Assembly: GCA_035635475.1 (NCBI GenBank)
Contig: DASQAZ010000117.1
Coordinates: forward strand, 21,988 to 85,987
Origin: Bacteroidota bacterium
Lineage (GTDB): Bacteria > Bacteroidota > Ignavibacteria > UBA10030 > SZUA-254
DNA length: 64,000 bases
Reading direction: 5' to 3'
The notes under the pieces are model-generated. The model saw only the letters and a program-made list of their open reading frames with translations, searched no databases and was not told the DNA's origin. The translations under genes were made by a program, and so were the position numbers. How positions within the stretch are numbered: the first letter of the stretch is position 1; each line of letters starts with the position of its first letter. Below are positions 48,231 through 58,184 of the stretch, one piece after another.

Positions 48231-51200
48231 ATGAAACGCATTGTTGCGCTTTTTGCGGCTCTGATGGTGCTGAGCCATTTCGCTTCGGCGCAGGTGACGC
48301 CGTGGCAGTGGGTTAATCCCCTCCCCCAGGGAAATCTCCTGAACAGCATCTGGGCGTTCAGCACCGACACGGCGGTTTCCGTCGGCGAACTGGGAACTAT
48401 ATTAAAAACGTCGAACGGCGGCATGACCTGGAGCGTGCAGTTCAACGCTGCGGGGATTACCGACCAGTTGTTCGCAGTGCAGTTCGCCACGAGCACCATC
48501 GGGTGGGCGGCGGGGGGATCCGGGAGGATTTTGAAAACGACGGACGGAGGGATCACCTGGGACATCCAGAACCCGCTCGTACCGAATGACCTCTACTCGA
48601 TTGATTTTGTATCGCCGACCACAGGATGGACATGCGGATTCCAGGGTGCGATTCTCAAAACAACCAATGGCGGTTTGAACTGGACCCCGCAGAACAGCAC
48701 CTCAACTTCCACGCTCTATTCCCTCTACTTTTTAACACCGACCACCGGATGGGCCGTGGGAGTCGGGGGTACAATATTGAAAACGACCGACGCCGGAACT
48801 ACCTGGGCGCAGGAAACAAGCGGAACAACCCAGCCGCTGTTCTCAGTCTACTTTACTTCCCCCTCGGTCGGTTTTGCCGTGGGGGCGTTTGGATTGATGT
48901 TCAAGACGAGCAATGGAGGAGCGACCTGGATACCGCTGACGAGCGGCACGAATCTCAGTTTGTTCGGACTCCAGTTCGCGTCGTCGTTGAATGGCTGGGT
49001 CATCGGAGAATACGGGACGATCATCAAGACCACGAATGGGGGGGTCTCCTGGTTCGCCCAGGCCGGCCAGACTTTCAACGACCTGTTCGGCGTGCGATTT
49101 ATCTCAACCACAACCGGCTGGGCGGTGGGAGATTTCGGGACGATGATCAAGACGACTGACGGGGGCACAACCTGGACCCCCCAGTCGAACGGAATCAAGA
49201 ACACCATCGCTGCGATCTCTTTTCCCAGCGTCAGCGTCGGTTACACGGCCGGGGATATCGGGACGATCGCAAGTACGACCGATGGCGGACGGACTTGGAC
49301 CCAGCTGAACAGCGGATCGTTCCGACCCTTGTGGGGCGTCGACTTCATCAGCACCACAACCGGCTGGGTGGTGGGCGACAGCGCAACCATTCTCAGGACC
49401 ACAAATAGCGGATTCTCATGGTCGGTGCAGCACAGCCACACTGATCCAAGCCTGTACTCTGTCTCTATGATAAATTCCACTACCGGATGGACCGTGGGAG
49501 ATTTTGGGACAATTCTCGCAACCAGCAACGCCGGGATCACCTGGACGCCGCAAGTTGCCAACACGACGCAATCGCTTCTCCGTGTTAAGTTCGCGGATGC
49601 GACGACCGGCTGGACGGTCGGCTACGGCGGAACGATTTTCAAGACAACCAACGGAGGCACCACATGGACGCCTCAAACCAGCGGAACCACACAGCCGCTC
49701 TATTCCCTGGAGGTGATCAGCCCCTCCACCGCCTACGCGGGAGGCGACTTCGGTACGCTGGTCCATACGACCGACGGCGGGGCGACATGGACCACCCAGA
49801 CAACGAATACGGACGCGACTCTTTATGGCCTCTCGTTCTATTCGCCGTCCGTAGGGTTCGCCGCCGGAGACGTCGGTACAATTCTGTACACGGCCGACGG
49901 GGGTGCAACCTGGACGCTGCCCTACAGTCCGACAGTGAATCCGCTCTTCGAAGCTCAGGTCGTAAAATCCGGAACGGGAGGAGTCGTATTCGCGGCGGGA
50001 ACCGGGGGAACGATCATCTGTGCCGCCATCTCCCCTCTTCCGATCCGGTCCTGGACCGGTGCATTCGATTCGTTGTGGACAAGCCCCGGAAACTGGAGTC
50101 CGGCAGGAACCCCCATCAAGGGTGACAGCGTCGTCATCCCTTTGACCGCGAACAATCCGGTCCTTCGTGCTGTGGTACAGGAAATCAACCTGGGGGGTTT
50201 GTCGATTGCCGCGGGTGCGAATCTGACCATCGGCGCGGGATTGTCACAGCTCATCGTCAAGGGAAGCATCAGCATATTCGGCACGCTCAACATCGAAGCC
50301 AATGCTTCGCCAAAAATCACCGTGGGGGGTAACTTCTCCACCGTCGTCGGCGGTGCGTTCAATCCGGGAAATTCAACAATTGTCTTCACGGGCCCCGGAC
50401 AGATCAAAGGCACGTTCAACGACATCGTCCTGAAAGAAAATGCGGTCGTGCAGACGGGCGGCAATGTCACCGTGAGAGACAACATCACCCTGCTTTCAAA
50501 TCTTCTTCAGCGGCAGGGCGATACGCTCACAATATTGAACTCCAGTCCGGGTTCGTTTCAAGGTCCGGCATTCGTCACCGGCGGAACGGTGAAGAGAGCG
50601 CTGCGGACCGGATCGGTCGACCAGTACCGTTTCGAGAGCCCGGCCACATTTTTGCGCTTTTACGGCGTCGGAACTCTTCCGGATACAGTCCTGATGACGA
50701 CCTTTCCCAACGTCTTTCCCCCCGGCCTGCCCGACTCACTGTTCGTGAAGCGATACTACACGATCACCGCGCTTGGCGGCAGCAATTATCAGGCTAGCCT
50801 CTCTCTGCGTTACGACAGCGTCGAATCTGCGATCCCAGTCAACGAATTGTCCCTCTTTCGCGACTCAAGCGGCGTGATTTTTAATATGGGAAGCTCGGAC
50901 TATCTCGACAGCGACGTCGTGGCAATTTCTCTCGACTCCGTCAGGAGTTTCTCCAAATGGTACCTCGGGAGATCCGATTACTTTCCGGTGCACCCGTTCG
51001 CATTTCTGGATACACTGGTCCTGACCGATCAGGGCAGCCTGACCGGAAAGCTTGTCCTCGGGGCCCAGGCGGGTGCAAGCGACGGAATCGATCCCGCTTT
51101 CGGGGAAACAGAGCTGGCCGCGAGGCCCCCGGCGGGAACCTTTGACGTACGGTGGGTGATTCCGCCTACGCGGGGGACGAGCACCGACGTCCGGAACCTC

Positions 51201-52580
51201 CTCGCTCCTCCACAGCAGCGAGTGTACACATTCACGATCCAGCCCGGCGCTGGCGGTTATCCGTTCACCTTACAATGGAACAAGGCGGGCTTCTGTACGG
51301 GCACGTTTCTCCTGCAGGACCAAGGATCGCAGGGGGGCCTGTTCTCGGTGAGTATGAAAGCGCAGAATTCGTTCGTTGTAACGAACTCCTCGGTCGGCTC
51401 GCTTCAGATCGTCCATCTTCCCCCGGTCTACTATTCGTTCAACCGGTCCTGGAACATGGTGTCGCTGCCGCTCACGGCAACGAACGGCTCAAAGCGGAGC
51501 CAGCTGTTCCCGACTGCCATCTCACCGCTGTTCGGCTATAACGGCGGCTACTATATCAGCGACACGATGCGGAACGGGTTCGGGTACTGGTTGAGATTAT
51601 CGACGGCCCAGACCCTCGGCTTCGACGGGTTGTCTCGGTCCCGCGACACGATCAACGTCGCAGACGGTTGGAACATGATCGGATCGATCTCCTCCTCCGT
51701 TGCAAAAACAAGCATCGTACAGATTCCCCCGGGCATTGTCGGCTCAAACTATTTTGGGTTCTCGAGCTCCTACATCGTTGCCGACTCGATCACGCCGGCA
51801 CGGGGTTACTGGGTCAAAGTGCACGGTGCGGGAAAGCTCGTCCTCTCCTCCACGGGAGCGGCGAACAAGCAGATTGCGGAGAATCCGCCGGCGGACGAGC
51901 TGTCCAAACTCAACCTCATTGGGGTTGAAGATCAGCGGGGCGATCATCAGGCGCTGTACTTCGGTTCCCCGGGGGTGTCACCGGAGATCGCATCCTGGTA
52001 CGACCTGCCTCCGACTCCTCCCGATCGATTGTTCGACGCCCGCTTCCAGTCGGGGAGCATGGTTCAGTCTATCGCCGACACAGGCGGAGAGTTCGCCGTC
52101 CGCGTCCAGTCCGACGCTTTTCCGATCAGGCTTTCGTGGAACCTCCGGCAGAGCACAGTACACTCGGTCGCGTTTTTCGACGCTCGATCGGGAGCGCAAT
52201 TGTCTCAGGTGCTGACCGATCGGGAGGGCACCATCCTGATTAATGCGCCGTTCGCAGGTGTCATCGGGGTACGCGTGGGGACGTCGGGAGCGTTACCCCG
52301 GCAATTCGCGCTCCGCCAGAATTACCCGAATCCATTCAATCCGACGACATCGATTCGGTTTGACTTGCCCGTCGACGCGACGATTTCCCTCAAGGTCTAC
52401 GATCTCGTTGGCAGGGAAGTGGCCGTGCTTTCGGATAATGAAAAATATCCGGCAGGGTCTCACGTCCTCCGGTTGAACGGAGGTGGATTCAGCTCCGGCG
52501 TTTATTTCTACCGCCTTTCCGCGCATGGCGCCGACAAGCGGGAATTTCAACAGGTCAAGAAGCTCGTGATGTTGAAGTAA
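48231..52580 (+). CDS. giant secreted protein: signal peptide, 13 Asp-box/BNR (Ycf48-like) β-propeller repeats, β-helix/Ig-like middle region, C-terminal T9SS sorting domain
   Basis: Signal peptide MKRIVALFAALMVLSHFASAQ. 13 repeats of x-T-T-[DN]-G-G-x-T-W at ~44-aa periodicity. Pro-poor Gly/Thr/Asn-rich middle region. C-terminal Por_Secre_tail-like segment NYPNPFNPTTSIRFDLPVDATISLKVYDLVGREVAVL...GVYFYRL. Confidence 0.85.
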   Translation: MKRIVALFAALMVLSHFASAQVTPWQWVNPLPQGNLLNSIWAFSTDTAVSVGELGTILKTSNGGMTWSVQFNAAGITDQLFAVQFATSTIGWAAGGSGRILKTTDGGITWDIQNPLVPNDLYSIDFVSPTTGWTCGFQGAILKTTNGGLNWTPQNSTSTSTLYSLYFLTPTTGWAVGVGGTILKTTDAGTTWAQETSGTTQPLFSVYFTSPSVGFAVGAFGLMFKTSNGGATWIPLTSGTNLSLFGLQFASSLNGWVIGEYGTIIKTTNGGVSWFAQAGQTFNDLFGVRFISTTTGWAVGDFGTMIKTTDGGTTWTPQSNGIKNTIAAISFPSVSVGYTAGDIGTIASTTDGGRTWTQLNSGSFRPLWGVDFISTTTGWVVGDSATILRTTNSGFSWSVQHSHTDPSLYSVSMINSTTGWTVGDFGTILATSNAGITWTPQVANTTQSLLRVKFADATTGWTVGYGGTIFKTTNGGTTWTPQTSGTTQPLYSLEVISPSTAYAGGDFGTLVHTTDGGATWTTQTTNTDATLYGLSFYSPSVGFAAGDVGTILYTADGGATWTLPYSPTVNPLFEAQVVKSGTGGVVFAAGTGGTIICAAISPLPIRSWTGAFDSLWTSPGNWSPAGTPIKGDSVVIPLTANNPVLRAVVQEINLGGLSIAAGANLTIGAGLSQLIVKGSISIFGTLNIEANASPKITVGGNFSTVVGGAFNPGNSTIVFTGPGQIKGTFNDIVLKENAVVQTGGNVTVRDNITLLSNLLQRQGDTLTILNSSPGSFQGPAFVTGGTVKRALRTGSVDQYRFESPATFLRFYGVGTLPDTVLMTTFPNVFPPGLPDSLFVKRYYTITALGGSNYQASLSLRYDSVESAIPVNELSLFRDSSGVIFNMGSSDYLDSDVVAISLDSVRSFSKWYLGRSDYFPVHPFAFLDTLVLTDQGSLTGKLVLGAQAGASDGIDPAFGETELAARPPAGTFDVRWVIPPTRGTSTDVRNLLAPPQQRVYTFTIQPGAGGYPFTLQWNKAGFCTGTFLLQDQGSQGGLFSVSMKAQNSFVVTNSSVGSLQIVHLPPVYYSFNRSWNMVSLPLTATNGSKRSQLFPTAISPLFGYNGGYYISDTMRNGFGYWLRLSTAQTLGFDGLSRSRDTINVADGWNMIGSISSSVAKTSIVQIPPGIVGSNYFGFSSSYIVADSITPARGYWVKVHGAGKLVLSSTGAANKQIAENPPADELSKLNLIGVEDQRGDHQALYFGSPGVSPEIASWYDLPPTPPDRLFDARFQSGSMVQSIADTGGEFAVRVQSDAFPIRLSWNLRQSTVHSVAFFDARSGAQLSQVLTDREGTILINAPFAGVIGVRVGTSGALPRQFALRQNYPNPFNPTTSIRFDLPVDATISLKVYDLVGREVAVLSDNEKYPAGSHVLRLNGGGFSSGVYFYRLSAHGADKREFQQVKKLVMLK
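48318..50028 (+). repeat. in-frame tandem array of 13 ~132-bp Asp-box/BNR blade repeats inside the giant CDS
   Basis: Repeated ILKTT[DN]GGxTW...TGW(A/T)VG units visible in the translation at constant spacing. Confidence 0.7.
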
Positions 52581-52595
52581 TCCGCGCCCGGCGGG

Positions 52596-53684
52596 ATGAC
52601 CCCACGAGTTCGGGATATTCTGCTGATTCTTGTTTTCAGCGTCGTGTTGCTTCTCGTGCTCGAAATGCTGACACGTTTGGTCCTGCCTCAGGATTATCGG
52701 ACGACTTCGTTGAATGGGCTCCCCACAGCTAAGGACGACAGCGTACTCGGCCACCTCAACCAACCCGGTACTCATGTCAGGCTGGACGCTCCCGAATTCT
52801 CCGTCGAGTATATTGTCGGCGATGAAGGTTTCCGGGACGAGGTGACTCATTCCCACCCCAAACCGGATAGTGTACTTCGTATTTTGCTGTTGGGGGATTC
52901 CTTCACCTGGGGCGCGGGTGTGGCGTACGAGGGAATCTGGCCTGTCGTGTTCGAGCACAGATGTCTGGCGGATGGGCTGTCCGTCGACGTCATCAAAGCC
53001 GGAGTGTCGGGTTACGATACCCGGCAGGAAGTGATCTACCTCGAAAGGCTCCTCCCGAAATACCGGCCAAACATCGTCATACTCGCCTTTCTTCCGAACG
53101 ATCTTGTCACCAACCTCCCGATGAGCGGCAACGATTCGCTCGAAAGCCGGCAGGCCCTCAAACAGGATTCTCTTCTCGTCCGCAACCAGGGGGTCAAAGA
53201 TTCACCGTTACACATCCTGACGCTGCTGAAGCGGCTGTTCATGTCAAACGATTTTCTCTACACGAAGCTCTATTTCAATACCGATCGATCCCAGTATTTC
53301 AGTGTCCCGATGGCCGATCGGCTGAAGGCCCAGATCATGATCACGAAAGCGCTCCTCGCGAGGGCGCTCACGTATTGCCGGTCGAACAACACCGCCTTCA
53401 TCGCGTATTCCATCCCCCAGCAAATTCAGGTCCTGGTCAGGGCTCGCAATTATCACCCTCCCGGAATTGATGTCGAGTTCATCGATCAGGAATTCTCGGC
53501 ATTTGCACGCGATAGCTCGTTCACCTGGATCCCGGCCCTGCCGGCGCTTGTTGAGCGGTATCAATCCGATGGCAAGGATCTTTTTTTTCGATTAAATGGC
53601 CACCTGAACAGGGAAGGAAATGCCGCGGTCGGGGACTATCTGTACTTGAAATTCAGGGAACTACGCAGGAATGAAATCAGGTAA
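52596..53684 (+). CDS. membrane-anchored SGNH/GDSL-family hydrolase (esterase/acyl-transferase-like)
   Basis: N-terminal TM. Block I LLLGDSFTWG (GDS). Block V NGHLN near the C-terminus (Asp/His). 15 bp downstream of the giant gene. Confidence 0.65.
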   Translation: MTPRVRDILLILVFSVVLLLVLEMLTRLVLPQDYRTTSLNGLPTAKDDSVLGHLNQPGTHVRLDAPEFSVEYIVGDEGFRDEVTHSHPKPDSVLRILLLGDSFTWGAGVAYEGIWPVVFEHRCLADGLSVDVIKAGVSGYDTRQEVIYLERLLPKYRPNIVILAFLPNDLVTNLPMSGNDSLESRQALKQDSLLVRNQGVKDSPLHILTLLKRLFMSNDFLYTKLYFNTDRSQYFSVPMADRLKAQIMITKALLARALTYCRSNNTAFIAYSIPQQIQVLVRARNYHPPGIDVEFIDQEFSAFARDSSFTWIPALPALVERYQSDGKDLFFRLNGHLNREGNAAVGDYLYLKFRELRRNEIR

Positions 53685-53700
53685 CGACGAAGCGCTCCGG

Positions 53701-54486
53701 TTAATCATATCGATCGAGCTTAAACCTTTCTCCGAGGTACAACCTCCTCGCCTCCGGGTCATTCGCCAGAAACTCCGCAGTGCCCGACTTGATGATTTTC
53801 CCCTCGAACATCAGGTAGGATCGGTCGGTGATTGAAAGTGTTTCGTGGACATTGTGATCGGTCACGAGAACGCCGATACCGCGGTTCTTCAAGTCGTGGA
53901 CGATCCGCATGATGTCCTCGACCGCGATGGGGTCGATGCCGGCGAATGGCTCGTCCAGCAGAATAAACTTTGGGTCCGTCGCCAACGACCTCGCGATCTC
54001 CGTGCGTCGCCGCTCACCCCCCGACAGCATGTATCCCTTGCTTTTCGCGACCTGCGTGATTCCAAAATCTTCCATGAGCTGGCCGCAGCGCGCCCGCTGG
54101 TCCGCCCGGGGTAGCTTCATTAACTCGAGAACGGCCAGGATGTTTTCCTCGACCGTAAGCTTCCGGAAGACGGACGCCTCCTGCGACAGGTAGCCGATGC
54201 CCATCCTGGCGCGTTTATACATCGGTTCCTTCGTAATCTCCCGGTCGTCGAGATAGACCTTGCCTGCCGTCGGTCCGATCATACCCACGATCATGTAAAA
54301 TGTCGTCGTCTTCCCGGCGCCGTTGGGTCCCAGCAAGCCGACGACTTCCCGCTGTTTCAGTTCCACGCTGACCGTGTCGACGACGAGACGCTTCTTGTAC
54401 CGTTTGCATAGTCCCTCCGATCGGAGCGTTCTCACGCCCTCCGCGGAATCCAGCGCACCGGCAGCCGTTGTTTCAGTCTCGCGCAT
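53701..54486 (-). CDS. lptB: LPS export ABC transporter ATP-binding protein LptB
   Basis: Aligns by eye with E. coli LptB throughout ([46 protein letters not shown]-terminal [10 protein letters not shown]). Start is uncertain (54486 or 54507). Confidence 0.85.
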   Translation of the reverse strand: MRETETTAAGALDSAEGVRTLRSEGLCKRYKKRLVVDTVSVELKQREVVGLLGPNGAGKTTTFYMIVGMIGPTAGKVYLDDREITKEPMYKRARMGIGYLSQEASVFRKLTVEENILAVLELMKLPRADQRARCGQLMEDFGITQVAKSKGYMLSGGERRRTEIARSLATDPKFILLDEPFAGIDPIAVEDIMRIVHDLKNRGIGVLVTDHNVHETLSITDRSYLMFEGKIIKSGTAEFLANDPEARRLYLGERFKLDRYD

Positions 54487-54528
54487 CAATCGGTCTGTGC
54501 TCGGCACCGGGCGTCCGTTCGGTTGGAA

Positions 54529-55830
54529 TCAATTTGGAACTGCAATTCTCTTCGAGGGCCGGTTCTCACGCCAGCTAAATCCGGGCAGATTGTACTCGCT
54601 TTCCCGCCGCCTGATCATCTTCTCCGGGTAGTACTCCCCTTCCGGTCCGGCGATCACCTTCAACTTATCGATCCGGCCGTTCGCAAACACAATCGTGACA
54701 TGATCTCCGGAGGCTTTGTTCAGGCCGTTCGGTTTGCTTCCGTCGAAGAGATAATACAAGCTCGTGGCGGTCTTGTCCACATCGATACGCTGAATCTTAT
54801 TGTCGACAAACCGCATGGTAATCTCCTGCCCGGTCATTTGATCGAAACGGGTGGGGTACTGCGAGTCTCCGCGCGAAATCGCGTACGCGTTTCCCCGGAC
54901 ATAGACCGTCCCAAGCTTCCGGTTCCGGAGCTTGATGAAGATCGAATCGCCGGAGACCTGATTCTCCTGCGCCCCCTCGCCGGTGTACCAGAGAAACGGC
55001 GACCGCCGGAGGATGATGCTGTCGGCCTGCGTATACAATGTGCTCGCGCCCGCCTCCGCGGCGATCACGCCGCGGACGATTCTCACGCTGTCCCTGGCAA
55101 CGAGCTGACCGAGCGAGTCCTGGTAGGATTCCATGACACCGCTCGTCACAGCCAGCGTATCGAATGCTCCGTTCGAGGCGGTGTCGACCTGAAGCAGCCT
55201 CGGGTGATCCGTCATCCGGCTGTACCCCTTCTGCTTGAAATCCTCAAAATGGTTCCCGAATATCGTCATTCGATTGCGGCGGCCGGTGATTGTCACGTTA
55301 CCCCTTGCATCGGCTGACTGCTCCCGGCGGTCGTAGATCAGTTCGCGAGATTTGAGGATCGACTGCGTGTCGGAGACCGTCACATTTCCCCTGAAATAGA
55401 CTCGCTTTTGTTTCACAAAGTATTTGCCGTAATCGGCATTGAGAGTCGTATTCCGGTCTTCAACGGTTACCCGCTCGAAGGCTTCTGCAACTCTATCGTT
55501 GCCGTAATACATCCCGTGGCTGCACACCATTCTCATACTGCTGTCCCTCACCTCCACCTCGCCCTCGAGCTGGACAGTATTCGCCGTCAGGTACTGCAGG
55601 GCGCGTCTGCATGTCACGACGACGGACCCCTGCGTGAGTTTGACGTTCCCGATCAGCTCGCGCACCCGTTCCCCGTTGATTTCGCGGCCGGTCAGGCTGT
55701 CGGCATGGTTGAGCACCACAACCTTCTCGTCTTCCTGCGGCCTGGCAACACTCGGGAAGCAGAGAAGAAATCCCAACCCGATCGCAGCCCCGCGAAGATG
55801 ATTCCGGCGCAGCCAATCCGCCTCAACCAT
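54529..55830 (-). CDS. LptA/OstA-like periplasmic protein (long form, multiple OstA-N β-jellyroll repeats)
   Basis: Signal peptide. Repeated ...GNV.VT... β-jellyroll segments as in LptA/LptD-N. Positioned between lptC and lptB. Confidence 0.6.
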   Translation of the reverse strand: MVEADWLRRNHLRGAAIGLGFLLCFPSVARPQEDEKVVVLNHADSLTGREINGERVRELIGNVKLTQGSVVVTCRRALQYLTANTVQLEGEVEVRDSSMRMVCSHGMYYGNDRVAEAFERVTVEDRNTTLNADYGKYFVKQKRVYFRGNVTVSDTQSILKSRELIYDRREQSADARGNVTITGRRNRMTIFGNHFEDFKQKGYSRMTDHPRLLQVDTASNGAFDTLAVTSGVMESYQDSLGQLVARDSVRIVRGVIAAEAGASTLYTQADSIILRRSPFLWYTGEGAQENQVSGDSIFIKLRNRKLGTVYVRGNAYAISRGDSQYPTRFDQMTGQEITMRFVDNKIQRIDVDKTATSLYYLFDGSKPNGLNKASGDHVTIVFANGRIDKLKVIAGPEGEYYPEKMIRRRESEYNLPGFSWRENRPSKRIAVPN

Positions 55831-56377
55831 TCGCTTTTGACTGCCCGGTCACTTTGAAAATCGTGTAATGTTTTAACCCCTGGTCGGATTCCAGCCCGCG
55901 CCCCTCGATATGCTCGGTGGGAGAAAGGATATCGACGAAAGCGGGGGTCGTGACCCGTTGAGCGGCATTGCTCCAGTACAGATCCTCGGTTTTCAGGGTC
56001 GTGCCGCTGTCGGAAACAACGACAACGTTTTCATGGGCCTCGAAGTCGTGGGTTAAATCGTTCACTCTCCCCTTTTTCGCCGTCAAGACGGAGGTGTGAC
56101 GCTCGTTCTGATCATAAAAGTCAACAATAATCGTGGAGTCGAGGATCGTAAATCGCTGGTCGTTGAACATCGCGATATGACCCGCATGGAGGATCGCGGT
56201 CGTCTTCCCGGAGTCAGTGAACGTAATCGTTGCGTTCCAGCTTTCCTGCGAGGGAGTGCCAAGCCCCGAGCCAACGGCGGAAACGGAGGGCCGTACCTTC
56301 TCCTCCGAGCACGAAGAGAGCATCCACCAAAGCCCGGGGAGCAGAAAGAGGGGAAGCAAATCTTTCAGCTTTGGCAT
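55823..56377 (-). CDS. lptC: LptC-like lipoprotein
   Basis: Lipoprotein signal MLSSCSEE. ~180 aa β-jellyroll-type sequence. Operon position directly upstream of lptA. Confidence 0.55.
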   Translation of the reverse strand: MPKLKDLLPLFLLPGLWWMLSSCSEEKVRPSVSAVGSGLGTPSQESWNATITFTDSGKTTAILHAGHIAMFNDQRFTILDSTIIVDFYDQNERHTSVLTAKKGRVNDLTHDFEAHENVVVVSDSGTTLKTEDLYWSNAAQRVTTPAFVDILSPTEHIEGRGLESDQGLKHYTIFKVTGQSKANG

Positions 56378-56380
56378 CGA

Positions 56381-57367
56381 TTACGGAGTCTCTCCTCCCA
56401 ATCCGGCTTTTACCAGCTCATGCAGGTGAACCATTCCCACGGGCCGATGTTCCCCGTCTACGACGATGAGCTGGGAAATATTGTGCGCCTCCATTTCCTG
56501 GAGGGCGAGCGCGGCGAGGACGTTTTCCGGAATTGTTTTCGGATGTTTTGTCATCACCATCTCGGCGGTGATGTGTGTGAAATCGGTTGTCTTCTGGAGG
56601 AATCGGCGAAGGTCTCCGTCGGTGATAATGCCGATCAGCTTCCCGCCGCCGTCGACCACGCAGGTGGCGCCGAGGCGCTTCGACGTCATCTCGATGATGG
56701 CATCGCGGATCGGGATATCCCGTTTCACTCGGGGGACGGCGCCATCTTTCACCATCAATTCTTCTATCTTGAGAAGCAGCCGGCGGCCGACGCTCCCCCC
56801 GGGATGGTAGAGCGCGAAGTCTTCCACCGTAAAATTCCGTAGCTGAAGCAGCGCCATCGCCAGGGCATCCCCGAACACCAGTGCTGCGGTACTCGAGGAT
56901 GTGGGGGCAAGGTCATACGGGCATGCCTCCTCTTTGACCCCGGCATCGAGGATCATGTCGGAGATCAGCGCCAGTTTCGAGTTTGGATTTCCGACCATGG
57001 CGATGATCGGCACGCCGATGCGCTTGAACATCGGGAGCAGGCTGTGGAGTTCCGCCGTGTCGCCGCTTTTGGAAATACAAATAACAACATCCTCCTTCCT
57101 GACCATGCCCAGATCCCCGTGCAGGGCGTCGGAGGGATGGAGAAAGAGCGCCGGCGTGCCGGTGGAATTAAAGGTTGCTACAATTTTCCGGGCCACATTC
57201 CCGGATTTCCCCATTCCCGTAACAACGACACGTCCCCGGCACGCAAACAAGACTTCGACCGCCTTCGCAAAGTTTTGATCGATGCGATCTTCGAGCGCGG
57301 CGACCGCTTCCGCCTCGATCCGGACTACCTCCTTGCCTTTCTTGATGATATCCGCGGACTTGGTCAT
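56381..57367 (-). CDS. kdsD: arabinose-5-phosphate isomerase KdsD/KpsF (SIS + tandem CBS)
   Basis: SIS motif VVVTGMGKSGNVARKI. Two CBS domains in the C-terminal half. Confidence 0.85.
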   Translation of the reverse strand: MTKSADIIKKGKEVVRIEAEAVAALEDRIDQNFAKAVEVLFACRGRVVVTGMGKSGNVARKIVATFNSTGTPALFLHPSDALHGDLGMVRKEDVVICISKSGDTAELHSLLPMFKRIGVPIIAMVGNPNSKLALISDMILDAGVKEEACPYDLAPTSSSTAALVFGDALAMALLQLRNFTVEDFALYHPGGSVGRRLLLKIEELMVKDGAVPRVKRDIPIRDAIIEMTSKRLGATCVVDGGGKLIGIITDGDLRRFLQKTTDFTHITAEMVMTKHPKTIPENVLAALALQEMEAHNISQLIVVDGEHRPVGMVHLHELVKAGLGGETP

Positions 57368-58173
57368 TGTCTGGAAAAAAGTTTGAGTAAGCGTGCCGCT
57401 AATCCGCTGCTCTCTTTATGTTCGGGTTCGATAACGCCTTCGATGTGAACTTTCGTCTTGATCTTATTGTAGGTGAAGAAGGCATAGGTCAGATCGGCAT
57501 CGGAGTATTTTGATAAATCGGAGAAGAGGCGCCGTGACTCGAGCGCGATCCTCGGTTCGCGAATGTCCTTGTGGAGCATAAGATCGTTGTAATAATTCGT
57601 TACCGGAATCAATCGATTGACCCCGGTCGATGAATCATAAACCCAGACGCGCCTGTCCACGGTGCAGAAGGCGAGAACCAGCCGGTCCGCAACCGACGTG
57701 ACGGGATGCATGCTGACTTCCCTTACCGCCTCTCCGCATTGCGGGCATCGGCGGCCGGGAATCCACGTTGAATAGGTCCACCTCCTCACCTCTTCGAATT
57801 CCGATGGGATTTCTTCGGAATGGTGGCTGACAATTTCCACAGAAATCTGGCCGTCCAACACTTCCCGCATGGTCACGGATAGCGTGCCGGTCTTTGTCTC
57901 GATGGCGCCGTAGGCAAATACGGGCGCCAGCGGGTTGGATAAATCGGGTGTCAAGCCTTCGGGGCCAAGGATGATTTCCCCCTCCCCGCGCCTGCCCTTT
58001 CCAATCACCACCATGCCCCTGACCAGATCGTGATAGTGCCGGTAGCCGGGCCGATCGAGGGGAAGAATCCAATCCATCCACTCCCGTTCAAGAGGGGAGA
58101 TGGGCCTCGGATAACCCCGATCATCAGAACCGTCGCCCACCTTCACCTCGTCGGATGTTTCAATGAACGTCAC
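57364..58173 (-). CDS. hypothetical protein embedded in the Kdo/Lpt operon (contains a CPQC motif)
   Basis: 269 aa with no recognisable family. It overlaps kdsD by 4 bp and is flanked by kdsC. Cys pair CPQCGEAV. Confidence 0.5.
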   Translation of the reverse strand: MTFIETSDEVKVGDGSDDRGYPRPISPLEREWMDWILPLDRPGYRHYHDLVRGMVVIGKGRRGEGEIILGPEGLTPDLSNPLAPVFAYGAIETKTGTLSVTMREVLDGQISVEIVSHHSEEIPSEFEEVRRWTYSTWIPGRRCPQCGEAVREVSMHPVTSVADRLVLAFCTVDRRVWVYDSSTGVNRLIPVTNYYNDLMLHKDIREPRIALESRRLFSDLSKYSDADLTYAFFTYNKIKTKVHIEGVIEPEHKESSGLAARLLKLFSRQ

Positions 58174-58184
58174 TTCTGCACCGA

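Noticed and set aside
54523-56842. Plus-strand ORFs 54523..55317, 55408..55857 and 56096..56842
   Set aside because: Antisense to lptA-like, lptC and kdsD genes, which have recognisable signatures and operon logic.
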